Shown piece by piece: positions 41,762 to 55,845 of a stretch of 64,000 bases of DNA (positions within the stretch are counted from its first letter, which is position 1; each line of letters starts with the position of its first letter). The position numbers were made by a program, and so were the translations under genes. The stretch covers positions 13,516,001-13,580,000 of the forward strand of contig OX597839.1 in NCBI GenBank assembly GCA_951406725.2, read 5' to 3'. A model generated the notes under the pieces. The model worked only from the letters and a program-made list of their open reading frames with translations, had not been told where the DNA came from and ran no database searches. Origin of the DNA: Octopus vulgaris (Eukaryota).

Positions 41762-44741
41762 CTTATATACACACACATATATACATACAATAGGGCTTTT
41801 TGAATTAATTCACAAGGCTTTGTTTGCCCAAGGTGCCATGCACTGGGATTGAACCCAGAACCAAGCATCTTATCACTCAGCCACACCTGCACCTATATTC
41901 ACATTTTATAAAATTTATCCTGTGTTATCTTATAGGTTTGAGATTTCAAAAATGTAAATGTTTATTTTAGAATGACTTTGCAGGGTAGGTGTGAGAGGCT
42001 GGATCTTGTCAGTTTGAACATAAAACAGGTATGGCTAGTTTAAATGTCTTGTGAGTGGATATGGTAGATGAGAACTGAAACAGGCCCATGTTGGTTTGTT
42101 TACGTCCCTGTAACTTTGCAATTCAGCCAAAGAGATTGATACAATACCAGGCTTAAAAACCAAGTACTGGGATCAGTTTGTTCAACTAAACCTTTCAAGA
42201 TAGTGCCCCAGCATGGCCACAGCCCAATGACAAACAATTAAAAAGCATACCTGCTGTTAATTTATCCTTGAAAGCGGGATAGGAGGTCAACCGTTTGCCC
42301 ATGCAGATCTTGTGAGCCATCAGTGCAGTCGGTCCTGTAATAAAAGAGTAGAAGCATTTTGGATTATGGTAAATTTGGGAATAACAAAAGAGGAATGGAG
42401 CAAAAAATTTCCACTATTGATATATACAAGGCTTCTAACCAATGTTAACCAAAGCATTTCAAGAACGAAAGTCACCATAGATGCAGCAAGGCTTTGTGGT
42501 AAGAAGCTTGCTTCTTACTACACAGCCATGGACGGGGAATCACTCAGCTTGTCCGTCAAAGAAGAGCGTGGCTATCCACGTGAACAAGGCAGCGAGCTGG
42601 CAGAAATGTACATATCTAATATTGTATGTGTATATTTTATTAATTTGCCTGTACAGCTAATAATTCGCTTACCACTTGTGATGGTATTTTAATAATACCA
42701 TCCCTATATTTATTTATATATATAATGTTATTCTAGAGGATGACAAATTCAAAATTATGTCCAGCCACTTAGAATAAAGTAGTTCTTTCTTGTCATTGAT
42801 TACAAATTAGCTTTTCCTCAACTTTTGTTCCTTAATTCCCAATGAGCCAAAGGCGAAACAATATATATTTCGATGGACTAAAGATTATGCATTAAATATC
42901 ATCAGTTAATGTCCATCTTCCATGCTGGCATGAGTTGGCTGCTTTGACAGGAGCTGGTAAGCTACAGAGCCGCACCAAGTTCCACTGTCTGCTTGGATAT
43001 GGTTTTCTATGATTAGATAACCTTCCTGATGCCAAACACTTTACAAAGAGGACCAGGTAGTTTTTATGTTGCACCAGCACTGGTGAGGTCACCGAGTCAC
43101 TTGCAAGCCCCTCAAATGAGATGAGGAAAGGTATTGGCATAGGTGGCTTTGTGCCAAGCCAAAAGAGGTGTCTTGTAGATTATATAAATGGTTAGCCCAG
43201 CCAGAGGGAGAGCGAGAGCAATGGAGGCGATGTGCCAGAGTGTGTCTGTGTTTGTCCACCCCCACCCCCCAACATTGCTTGACAACTGATGCTGGTGTGT
43301 TTACATCCCTGTAACCCAGCGGTTTGGCAAAAGAGACCGATAGAATAAGTACTAGGCTTACAAAATATAAGTCCTGGGGTCGATAGGATCGACTAAAAGG
43401 TGGTGCTCCAGTATGGCCACAGTCAAATGACAGAAACAAGTAAAAGAGTTATAGTTAATGTTTGATATACATTTTATATGAAACGTTTAAAAGTCCATTT
43501 ACCTGCACATATAGCTGCAATCAAGCCAGTTCGTTTTTCTTGTTCTTGGAGAAGATTTTTAACTATGGATGACTGGAAATAAAAAATATATATATATTTA
43601 CTCAGATTGCGAACACAATAGAGAAATTATCTAAACGTATGGACTTTAATGACGTATTCGTTGACAGGCGTCTGTGCTAGTGGAGCGCTAAGAGCACCAT
43701 CCGAGTGTGATCGTTGCCAGAGCAGCTAACTGGCTTCTTGAGCGTGATTGTGATCATTACTAGCGTCGCCTTACTGGCACTGGTGCCGGTGGCACGAGAA
43801 AAAACATTCAAGCAAGCTTGTTGCCAGAGCAGCTGGACTGGCTCCTGACCTATTTTCCATTACATTTCAGACAGATTTTGCTCAATACCACAGATTTGCT
43901 TGACCGTAACCTCTTGAGCATGTCCCTTGGTGGCTGACAAGATGTGCATCTCTGAAGATGAGCAGGATAGCCATATGTTGAGAGGGATTCTTTGAGGTTT
44001 AAATAAATGTAACAAAAGTGAAATCTGAAGGAAATATCAGCCATTTTTCATACTTTCTAGGGGTTAACAAATAGGAAATAATAGTTACTGCCCAAGGACT
44101 AAAATCCTGTTACACTGTTATTTTGAACTCCACAATGGTTGAATATCAGTGAAACCTGCTTACCTCACTGATAAGCTTTGATCCTTGTAATCCTCCTGGG
44201 ATAATAACTGCATCGTATTTGTTGTCACTAATTGCCTGCTGGAGACTTTTGTCTGGAACAATGACGGTATCCCGACTGCATTTGACTGGGTTTGAATCGC
44301 TGAGGCCACCAACTGTTACGCACACCTGTATAAGAAACACATTGAAAGTACTTTAGAGTAAAAGAAAATCATTTTCCAAAATATATTGTAAACGTTTACA
44401 CAAAAAAGGAAGTCTTGGTCTTAGAAGATAACATGAGCATTTGAAGACTTAACACAACTTTGAATAAACATACAGGTTTTGGTCCTTTCTTTATTGCCCA
44501 CAAGGGGCTAAACATAGAGGAGACAAACAAAGACAGACAAAGGGATTAAGTCAACTACATCGACCCCAGTGCGTAACATTTGACTGCGGCCATGCTGGAG
44601 CACCGTCTCTAGTGGAGCAAATCAGCCCCCAGGACTTATTCTTTGTAAGCCTAGTACTTATTCTATAGGTATCTTTTGCTGAACCGCTAAGTTACGGTGA
44701 CGTAAACACACCAGCATCAGTTGTCAAGCGATGTTGGGGAT

Positions 44742-44772
<31 letters not shown>

Positions 44773-44819
44773 GCATGGAAAGCGGACGTTAAATGATGAT
44801 GATGATGATGATGATGATG

Positions 44820-44850
<31 letters not shown>

Positions 44851-47800
44851 ATGGGTTTCTTTCAGTTTCCATCTATCAAATTCACTCACAAGGCTTTGGT
44901 CGGCCTGAGGCTATAGTAGAAGACACTTGCCCAAGGAGTCACGCAGTGAGACTGAACTCGGAACCATGTGGTTCGTAAGCAAGCTACTTACCACAGCCAT
45001 AATTGCGCCTATAATTACATTTCTTTAACATTTTTGCATTCATAATACTGTCAAATGTAATGCCTATTTATTCAAATTGTTTTGAATTAATCATGCATTA
45101 TCTCGTAGCTTTGAGATAAATATCATTATCATATACACCATCCATGGAAGACTGTTCTTGGATTGATTAGGTTTCTAACATGATGTAGGGTACCTAGTGC
45201 TGGGAGTCAATGTATGTTAGTTCAGTACCAGTTATTGCTTAGTTTTGATTCAGCAGGGCTATGAATAAATTTGTTCCATATGTAACCAGCTTCCTGTCAG
45301 TACAAATGGGAAGAGACCATGATGTTGTATGTGATACATGGTGGTGAGATAGAGTGTAGTGAAAATGGAGAGAACAAAACGAAAATTTATTACAGAGAGA
45401 GTGGGGTGGGAACATAAGGAATACCAATACATTGTGGGTTATGAATAGATGTGGAAGACTGTCTTTAATGTGGAATCAATTTCCAAATGAAATGCTAATC
45501 ATTTTAACCCTTTCGTTACTGTATTTTGAGATGCTCTGTATTTCTTTCAATTAATTTTAAATATAACAAAGACTTAAGTAAAATAACTTAGTTATCGTTA
45601 AGCTAGTCTTAGGAACATAAATTGTGTCTAAGGTTTGGTGGAAGATTTGAATTCAAAACTTATGAAAACAAGACATTTGTTACCCATATTTCTGTTGAGA
45701 TGCTCTGTATTTCTTTCAATTAATTTTAAATAGAAAAAAAGAATTTAGTAAAATAACTCAGTGGGGTAGATGGAGGTTTCAGTCTCAGGTTGGGACTGTG
45801 CACATTTAGTTTTATTTTTTCTGTAAATGGAGAAGGTGGGTAAAAAAAAAAAAAACACTAAATATTTTTACAAGGATTGAACCTTTCTCCAAGGGGTATA
45901 CGTGTTGCTGTGTCAATGTCTTTACCCACAAGACCACTGAGAGACCAGCAAAAACTAGATTGAAAATAATATATTTAAACCTATCAAACTAATGTAATCA
46001 CTAACCAATCATTAAAATAGATTTAAGTATCTCAAGACCATTGAGACAACAACTATAACTAGTGTGAAAATAATCTATTTAAACCTATTGAAAGAAAAAA
46101 ACAATCAGTATGGGTCAAGATTGATCCTTTAACCAAGGCGTATATGTGTTGCGGTGTCCATGTCTTTACCCACAGGACCATTGAGACAACAAAACACACC
46201 ATGCTACCTGATTCAGGAATTGATCTCACAGCCTTAATGATTACACAATGTAATAATGTTTTGTTTATTTTTATTTTTAAATGTTCATTTATGCATTTTT
46301 TGCCACTAAATTCAAAAATCACATTCGTTTTGATGTAACATCGATAGTTATTTATTTATTCCTAATTTCATATTTGCTTGTTATATTTGTAACGTTTCTC
46401 TACAGCACTTTGTTGGTTCAATCTATTGTAGTATTGTAAGGATAATTACACAACAGTTAGTACTTTTTCATATATTGAAAGGTATTTAGGAAGTATAATA
46501 TTAGTTAGAACAAAAAGAAACAATAAAACTCTGCACTGTAAATGTCTTGATAACTCTTTTCTTAAGATGAAAAGTGCGTTGACGATCGAGATTTTCTGGA
46601 GTGCATACCTTCATCTCTTCTGACTAGAGACCATATATAATCTCCCATTACGCCGGGCGAAATGCTCAGCAGTATTTCGTCTGTTGCTACGATTTGAGTT
46701 CAAATTCCGCCAAGGTCGACTTTGCCTTTCATCCTTTCAGGGTCGATAAATTAAGTACCAGTTATGTACTGGGGTCGATGTAATCGACTTCATCCGTTTG
46801 TCTGTCCTTGTTTGTCCCCTGTATGTTTAGCCCCTTGTGGGCAATAAAGAAATAATATATAATCTCCCATCGTCCTTGGTATCTTTCCATAGTTGCGATG
46901 TCCTGATGAAATCTCTCACCATGCTCCTCACTGACATCACCCAAGTTTTCGAAGAAAAAATCTAGGTGAGAGTGCAAAAAATGAATCTTTAAGGACATAC
47001 AACAACCCATTTTCTTGAAGTTTTCAATAAGCTTTGCTACCAGCTGTTTGTAATTAGGATCCTTGTGATTTCCTAGGAATCCATAAACTACATCACGGAA
47101 TGCACACCAAGCTTCAACTTTTGTCATCACTCTTTCCAGTTTCTTCGACTTTAACATTGCATTTACTTGGGGCCCAACTAATATGCCTCTCTTGATCTTA
47201 GCCTCAGACAGCTTTGGAAACAAGACAAATTTCTTGAAAAGCTTCTCCTCTAAAATCTAAGGCCTTCACAAACTGTTTAACCAATCTGAGTTTGATATGA
47301 AGTGGGGCTAATAAGATTTTGTTGGAATCTACTAGAGGCTGTTTGAGAACATTTAACATTCCTGGCTGCAGTTCCACTCGTGGGGCCAATGTACTCTCTT
47401 GTACATTTGCTGTCCCATAAGCAAAGGAAACATGAATACTTTGTGTATCCCCCTTGCAAGCCAAGCAAGAAGGCAAGCATCTTGAAATCACCACAAACAT
47501 CTCAGTGTAATTTATTTTGTCGAGAAGTTCTTTGACATTATCGTAATTTTTTTTCTTCTGTATGGAGTATGCAAGAGGCAAAGAAGGATATTTATTTCCA
47601 TTGTGGAGCAACACTGCTTTGAGACTTCATGTTGAGCTATCTATGAACAGTCGCCATTCTGCAGAATCATGATTGAGTCCAATAGCAGTAAACAAACCAA
47701 TCACATCTTTACAATAACAGATCATTAATATTTTGTCTTCCTTTCACTTTTCTCTACTTTGTCACATTGATCATACATAAGTAACAGTCATCGTGATGGT

Positions 47801-49069
47801 TCTTTGGCTCTCTCCATACCCTTGGAATGGCAAAAGGCATTGACCTTCCTGTTCCTCTTAACCATCCTTCTAGCTTCTAGAGTAGATCAACAACTTCCAC
47901 ATATCACATGTGGGGCCCATGGTTTGTCCTGGTCACCCATGGGCATTCCGAAATAGAGTCTGTACGCTATCCACAATTTGGCACCTTTCACGATCTTATG
48001 TAATACCTGCTTTTTTCCAATATAATAACCACACACATAGCAAAATGTATCTGGAGAATTTTTACATACTCTAGTAGCCACCCTGAAAGTAGCAGAACTT
48101 AGTAATTGGTCTGAAAGAGAAAATTAGACATACATTTAGTAGCGGAACATTAAAACAATACTGAATATATAATAATATTGAAAGTCCACATATTTTTCCA
48201 ACTGTTGATGATACACAAAAAATAATTTCATTTTTGGAATCGGCAGAAAAATGGATTAATAAACAATAAAAAAAAATACAATAAACAAATTTTCTTTTGA
48301 AAATTGTTATGTTGTGTTATGAGCTGAACACCCTAACCACAAGGCTGTGCACTTTCATGGTAAAGTCTGTATAACTAAAACAAACAAAAGATAAACACAT
48401 TCACATTAAATGAAACAGAGAAATTAAATGAGACAGAGAAATGTAACCCCTGTTAATCTATGACAAATAGATTTGAAATCTCCATTGCATAAAAGGGATT
48501 CACTTCTAATTTTATAAAGTTGCAAGGCAAAACCCTATGACGACAGCTATTCTAGCCATGACCATCACATATATTCAGAAATGGTAGCTAAGACAACATT
48601 ATTGCGTCCTTAAGACAGAAATATGTATTTCATAGGAAATTTTGGCTGTAATTTCTAGCAGGTTAAATGAGCAGGTCTTCCTGTTTGCTTAGCTGCAAAT
48701 GTAGTAGTTTATAGCAGTGGCTTGCAGTCAGGAGGAATGAAGTATTTTAGAGTTAAGAGTGTCTGAGAAAGAAAGAGAGAGAAATAAATAAATATATATA
48801 TATATATAATAAGGTGGAGAAAAGTGAAGCGTGTTAAAAAGAATGGAGATAAATGTGTCAAGGTCGACATAGGAGAAAAATGAGAGCATATGATTAATGT
48901 CAAGGTCAACTTATGAAAATGAGACGGGAGTAGGTCAAAGACGAAACTACGAGAATAAGAAACGGAACAGGTTTTAATCTCCATGTTGCCGCATATATAT
49001 ATATATATTTATATATATATTTATAAATATATATTTATATATATATATATATATATATTTATAAATATA

Positions 49070-49107
<38 letters not shown>

Positions 49108-50119
49108 AATTATCCTTTGTTTACCGTTAATAAGGAAAATTCAGTAAACAGTTACCAGGGTAGCAAAATTCACGCAAGTAACACGGATGAAGCGACCTAT
49201 TCAAAGGTAGAAACTCCGGTTTAATGTGCAGTAATTTGTGTAGTATAAGTAAATAAATGGAGTTTTATTTAACAAGAAAACTGAAATATCACAAATCTCT
49301 TGTATCGTACTTTATATTGTTTTGTAGAATTATACATCAAGGAGCTTTTTTTAATGAGTACTATCGGATTACTTGAATCCATATATTGTGATAAATATAT
49401 ATATATATATATATATCCAGTCACAAAAAGAAAAAAATAATGTCTAATAGGTGTAAAAAAAAAAAGAAAAATGTGCAGAGAACGAATGGGGAAAAAATTT
49501 GCGCAAAAGAACGGCCGTGGTGGGGGCTTCCGGAAAATTCACAAGATACGATTTTCCTCCCATAACTCGGGAACATGGATGAATATTGTTGAAAATTTTA
49601 TAGAAATACCGTTCAAATGGCAAAGATTACGATTATAAAGAAATGTGTGGGGGGAAATGTTTTCCGGAGGGGTGGGGGAGAGTATTTCGGAAAATTCACA
49701 CGATCCGATTTTTTTCCCCTCCTAACTTTCAGGAATATCTCTCTCTCTCTATATATATATATAAAGCTGAAGTTGTCTGCGTGTGGCAGGTTTTGTAGCC
49801 TTCAACTAACACCATTTCCTCAGAGTCCCTGCGGCGCAAGTTGACCAAAATTGAGAGTATGATAGAAGAAGGCTTGCTCTTCCTTCCGAAGAAGAAAAAA
49901 TTCAAATCGGACCATGTTAAGACCAAAAATTATTTACATCAAAAAGGTGCTCTTTTTCTATAAAAATCCCTGTTTTTTACGATTTTTTTTACTGCTGTGT
50001 CGTCATTTTTCGGTGTATTTCAACCAGAAAAATGTTCCCTTAAAGAGAATAACAAGCAACATAATGCAAAACATTTACTTTTCAAAAATTCCAATTCTAA
50101 AGGGTAGAAAAGAATACAT

Positions 50120-50151
<32 letters not shown>

Positions 50152-51261
50152 TGGGTTGGTGCATAATTATTGCGGCTTTTTTTCAACAAAAACATCTTTA
50201 AATGACGGTCTGGCCGTCTGCCAAGCAAATGAGAAGCAGTAATTGAAGTAGATGATGAATATGCTCGATTTGTTTGACCAAAACCCTTCAAAAGCGATGC
50301 CGTAGCATGGCCGCTGTCCAATGACTAAAGCAAGAAAAAGATAAATAATTGGAAGAGGATCTTATCTAAGGACAGCACAGGAAAGACTTGAGATTATGGT
50401 AATCCATGCTGTAATTTAACCTATTGAGAGCAGGTGGTCTCTGATGATGACAAAATTTGTAACAAACATTATTTTCTATATTCTGATCCAGTCCTCTTGA
50501 ATAAGAAATAAAAAAAGGTTTGGTTTCATACAAAATAATGATATTTCTTCAATAGAATTTCTATTTTTCAAAAATTAACCACTAATATTTAATTCTGTAA
50601 GAAAAGAACCTTGTTAAATGCATTGTAGCATTTGAATTTTCTCCTAACCCTAACTTTTCAAATAAAATTTTTGAAGTCTTTGAAACTATGCCCTGGTTAT
50701 TATTATACAATAAATCATTCGTGTATACTGTTTAATGAGTGTTTAAAAAAAAACTGGTTGTGGGATCTGAGCGTGAGGATAACGGAATTTTTAATCTTCA
50801 TTTCATATTCAGCTCTTACTATGGAAGAAGGGTTGAGGGGAAGCCATTGTTTAAGGTAAGCATAGTGCAAGAGTTTGCCTAAATCATGCATTTTATGCAT
50901 GTGTATGTATACATAAATATTTATATTTAAAATAAGGGTGAAAAATTGAATATTAATTTGATTAATATCAATTTAAAACCAGTGGTCTAGCATATTAAAA
51001 TCTGAAGATACAGAAAAGTTATATTACATATATATTTGCGCAAAACGAAAACAATTGCAGCGTGGGAGGTGTTTATAAGCCATTTAAGAAACACACAAAA
51101 GCCGTTCGATTCACTCCAACATTTAATATATCTCCGTAATATATATATATATATATATATATATATCCAGTCACAAAAATAAAAAAATAAAAGAGGGATG
51201 GCCACTACGTGGACAAGTCCATAGCGGATCTACTTCTAGCATAATTGATGTAGTGGTCATC

Positions 51262-51304
<43 letters not shown>

Positions 51305-51501
51305 GAAATAGGATAAAATCTTCATAAGAATTTATCAAGTAGTTAGCGTGAAAAACCTCATAAGAGAAAAAAACCCATCAATTTTTTCTTTAAAATTTTT
51401 TTATTTATATTATATAGAGGGCACTATTACACATAGATACCTCACGCTAGGAGGGACTCTTAAAGTCAAAACTACTAAAATAAATAAACACGTTGTACCG
51501 A

Positions 51502-51547
<46 letters not shown>

Positions 51548-53587
51548 CGAGAGAGAGAGAGATTGTGTGTGTATGTGTGTATATATATATATCACAATAT
51601 ATGGATTCGAGTTATCCGATAGTATTCATTAAAAAAAGCTCCTTGATGTATCATTCTACAAAACAATATAAAGTACGATACAAGAGATTTGTGGTATTTG
51701 AATTTTCTTGTTAAATAAAATTTCATCAAACTATTTCTGTCATTCATGACTTTATATATAATGTGCAGACCTTTGTCTGTGTGTTTGTTGTCTGCAGCAT
51801 CACACTGTGGTAGAAGCCAGCACCCAACACATTCACAATCCATTCAGCTCTTTCAATGAATTGTTTGGCCGAGTTGAGATGTACTTTTCGAATAAAACAA
51901 TGGAAGTGACAGAATTGTTGGAGCATCGCTAGAGAGAACTACATTCGTTCCGAGCCCCCCCCCCTGTAGTGAGTTCAAGTCAACCCTCTACCTTTTTCCT
52001 TAATTTTTCGGTTTTGACTCTCATATGAAAAAAATAAATTTTTTAATTTTCTGAATATGTAATACAATAATTCTTCCAAAATTATACGTAACACAAATTA
52101 CGAAACAATTAAAGTCCAAGCTGAAATTTCACAAGAAAAGGCGGCTAATTTTGACACCCCCTCTTCCAGTGACTTGGAAAAAAATATATTTCGTTTTTGG
52201 ATTTGGTTTGGAGAGTCAAGACTAAAAAAATTGAAATATATCGAACCGATGAAATTACAGGTTTTTTTTTTTTCCTTTTAGCACACTATATAATTTCCCA
52301 CTCTATAAGAATGCCCAGGTTCCTTTTTTAAAAACCAATCATGGGTAAACTGCGACCCGCGGGACTTTCTTCTGAATGGCACATCTAATTCCACGATGAA
52401 AAATAACATTTATTAAAATTATCTTTATTTAATTCTTTTTATGGTGCGGCCTACTTGATGATGAGCCATATCTTATGTAGTCCGCTTCTCGGGAAAGGAC
52501 ACCCATGTCTGCTCTAGACTGTACCGTTAATTCGAAAGTCCAGCCCTGTTATGACATGGTTATAACACGAGTTCAGCCTAAAAATTACACAATGGGTATG
52601 CGTGGTTCTGCATAACCTATTCAGTCATTTACACGTTAATTTCGCGAGTAGAAATTCTTGGTATACCAACACAAGTGTGCCCCACCATCACCGGATTTGT
52701 TTCCTCATAGCTTACAGAAAAATGGGTATAGTTTAATATAATTTTCTAATACTTTTTAGATGGCGTAGATTAAGATTACATCAGAATTTAATGTGAAAAA
52801 ACAGAAAAAACAAACATTGTTGGACGCGCAACATCTCATATATTTACAAAATTAAACTTGAAATTTTGAAAAAAATATGTCAATATGTATGTGTGCGCAT
52901 ACCAATTATTATTAATATCTTGTTATTTTCAGATAAAAATCCGATTTAATTGTAATCTACAATATCTGAAATATATTTGTAGAAAATTTCATTAAAAAAT
53001 ATCCATTTTTCTTAAAGTTATGAGGAAACGAATTCGAAAGAATGGGGCACTGTTGTGTAGGTATGCCCGCGAGGTTATGGCCTATTCAGCTACTCACGTT
53101 AATTTCACGAGTAGGAATTCGGTTTACCGGCAGAATAAAAATCGATAAAGCTTGCCAAGAATCCGATCAATTTGAGGCAGCATCAAAGTTATTTTTATGC
53201 GTTGCCTGTTCATTGCTGGTTTCATTTTCACTGCTGCCCTTCTCTCTACCTATTTTGCCGGCATCTTTCGTTTGCTAGTTGACTAGCAAATAAGTTTGAA
53301 ATATATGAAAAGTTATTTGTTTCTTATTCTACAAGATTAAGTTTGAGAATAATTAAATAAATAATAATTAAAATGATTTCTGTTATATAGCTTGAGTATA
53401 ATTGTAGATGTGAAGATAAAGAGAAGGAAATATACAAATTTCTACTTCGTAGTAATATTTCTATCTCAATTCTTCTTTCTATATATCTATTTACATGTGT
53501 GTGCATTGTATGTATGTGTGTGCATATATATATATATACATACATACACATAAATGCATATCTTTATATACATGCTTATAGATAGAC

Positions 53588-53637
<50 letters not shown>

Positions 53638-53996
53638 TTAATCGAAGTTCTCTCTCTTTATATATATATATTCTGTCGTGTCTGGGGAGGGTCATTCTCT
53701 TTTAGTGCCTTATAATTTAACACACTCACCGGTAAAATCTCCACTTATTTCTTATTTTCCTAAAATTTTCGTTGCGTCTTGCAACATTTTCAATAGTCTT
53801 GACTCTCCAAACCAAATCCAAAAACGAAATATATATTGTTTATAGAAAACATAAATACGGCCTTCCCCCATTAAAATATATGGCATATATGCGCATTTTC
53901 ACCCACTCATGCACTACCCGAACAATAAAACTTATTTAGCTCATAATTAAATCATGTGTTTATTAAATGACACACACACACATTCATTATATATAA

Positions 53997-54050
<54 letters not shown>

Positions 54051-55461
54051 CGTGTGCAGTGAATGTCTCTTTATACAAACATGGAAAAGAGCACTCTACA
54101 CATAATAGAGTTAATAATAACACTTCAAGGTGGTTTGTTTGTTTTCTTCACTGACAGAGGTTTTGTTAGTGAGAAAGATTTATATCTATCTATAATATTG
54201 TTCTAAGGTTCAACGGTTTCAATAACATAATCATCAGTCCCCCCCCCACAAGAAAATAGATTGATCAAACCCTCGATCAACTTTTGGCAGAATTCCTGGA
54301 AACAGGAACGCTGTACATGGTTGATCGATCATCCAAGACTTCGTAAAGGATCCATTCGTACATTGGTGTGAAATATTTTTTCGAGTGCATTCAACGTGTC
54401 TAACCTCCAGAACCTGCCGCAAGCTCCCCCCCCCGAAAAGTAAGTGTTGGAAGGGTAAAAAAATCGTTTCACAGCGAAATATCACCAAATAGCTGTTATG
54501 TGGTGTCAGGACGTGCTAGAAATAGTAGCCGAATCTTTCCTATTCTGGGGAAAGGAACCGTTTACGCGTGATTTCCTTGTCACATTCGATATGCGAAATA
54601 ACAAAAACTCGCAGTCAAACCCTTTTCTTTTCCGGAAAAGTGGTTCGCTGCGGGTCTGGAGGTCAGATACGTTGAATGCACACACTCTTGGAGCAATGCA
54701 TGTGATGACTGAGATGGAGAGATGTATATATATATATATAGAGAGAGAGAGAAAGTAAGGTAGAGAGAGAGATAAATAAGGAGGTAGATATAGCAAGGGG
54801 CAGTGAGTGAGGGAGAGCTAGAGGGGGAGAGAAAGGAAAATAGGGATATATATGAGAGAGTGGTAGAGAGGGATATAGATAGGAAGAGAAAGGAGCGAGA
54901 TGCAGAGGTAGAGAGAGAGAGAAATAAGGAGATAGAGATGAAAAACAACATCCTTAGTGCATTACTGGTACTTTGGTAATTGATCAACCAAGAAAGGATG
55001 AAAAGCAAAGTTAACTGCGACTACATTTAAACTTACAGCAAGTACAGAAGGTATTAGAAAGAAATTTATCAAGGTATTCTATCCGAAAACCCTTTAAATA
55101 ACCCCGCCAAATCGTTGTCGGAGGACCGAAGATGAAGAACTCCGAACAGAGAACTCTCTCGTGCAGATATCTTTGAATAAATTATGTTATTCATCTAATC
55201 AATGCCTAATTGTTTTATATAATTATTATAGATAAAGCACATATATTAATATACCTCTCTCTCTCTCTATAAATGTGTGTGTATATATATATATATATAG
55301 TATGTGTGTGCGTGAATGGATATATATATACACACTGATATATCAGGTTAAATAGAGGAATAAAACAAGAACTGTACCCCACCGCGACGGAGAACGTCAA
55401 TCGTAATAACAGCTTCCATTTCTTCGGCCCCTTCGGCCAGAATTACCAATGCAGAAGGCAT
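40461..55461 (-). CDS. PARK7: Protein DJ-1 (Parkinson disease protein 7 homolog), whole gene: complement join(55378-55461,44164-44325,43503-43572,42251-42334,40461-40621), 561 nt, 186 aa
   Basis: GT-AG introns with consistent phases. Motifs [36 protein letters not shown] (Cys104 = human Cys106) and [14 protein letters not shown]. Confidence 0.96.
42251..42334 (-). CDS. PARK7: PARK7 coding exon 4 ([27 protein letters not shown])
   Basis: Acceptor ttacag|GA, donor G|gtatgc. Confidence 0.95.
43503..43572 (-). CDS. PARK7: PARK7 coding exon 3 ([23 protein letters not shown]), contains the reactive Cys
   Basis: Acceptor ttccag|TC, donor G|gtaaat, 70 nt. Confidence 0.95.
44164..44325 (-). CDS. PARK7: PARK7 coding exon 2 ([19 protein letters not shown]...[12 protein letters not shown])
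   Basis: Acceptor atacag|GTG, donor GAG|gtaagc. Confidence 0.95.
46244..48316 (-). mobile_element. Chapaev3-like (CMC) DNA transposon, frameshifted and internally deleted, both ends present
   Basis: Transposase fragments [57 protein letters not shown] and [30 protein letters not shown]...GTG termini with diverged TIRs and a TTA duplication on both sides. Confidence 0.85.
46649..46854 (+). mobile_element. SINE B inserted in the Chapaev3-like transposase 3' end
   Basis: 16-bp TSD ATATATAATCTCCCAT at 46633-46648 and 46855-46870. Confidence 0.9.
52663..53064. mobile_element. Old MITE-like element with long imperfect inverted ends
   Basis: ATACCAACACAAGTGTGCCCCA..TTTGTTTCCTCATAGCTT..AAAAATGG pairs with CCATTTTT..AAGTTATGAGGAAACGAA..TGGGGCACTGTTGTGTAGGTAT. 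Confidence 0.55.
55378..55461 (-). CDS. PARK7: PARK7 coding exon 1 ([28 protein letters not shown])
   Basis: Start context agaaATG at 55461, donor GGG|gtacag. Candidate upstream acceptors near 55521 and 55529 follow a long polypyrimidine tract. Confidence 0.93.
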
Positions 55462-55803
55462 TTCTTTTGTCCAGAAAGGAAGACGAGATACAAGGAACGA
55501 CGAGCTCAGTTCGACATTAACTGTAAAACTGGAAGAATAGGTGAGAGTGAGAGAGAGGCGGAGGGGGAGTGAAGCCGGGAGAGCAGATAATTTAGTGAGT
55601 GAATGAGAGAGGGAGGGGGAGAATAGTTTAGTGAGTGAGTGAGGGAGAGTGGGAGAAAGAGCGAGAAGAAATAGGTGAGTAAGTAAGAGAGGGAGGGGAA
55701 GGTAGAAATAGTTTAGTGAGTGAGGAGGTAGAAAGAGTGAAAACAAATAGGTTAGAGAATAAGTGAGAGAGCGGGGTGAGTGGTTGTTGATGACTGTGGT
55801 TAC

Positions 55804-55845
55804 GTTTGCTCATGAATACTCGGTAACTTCCGTGAATTCACGAAG
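55804..55845 (-). promoter_or_regulatory. Candidate PARK7 promoter / short non-coding first exon
   Basis: Donor-like AAC|gtaacc at 55804/55803, ETS-type CGGAAGT (55832-55826) and palindrome CGTGAATTCACG (55831-55842). Confidence 0.4.
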
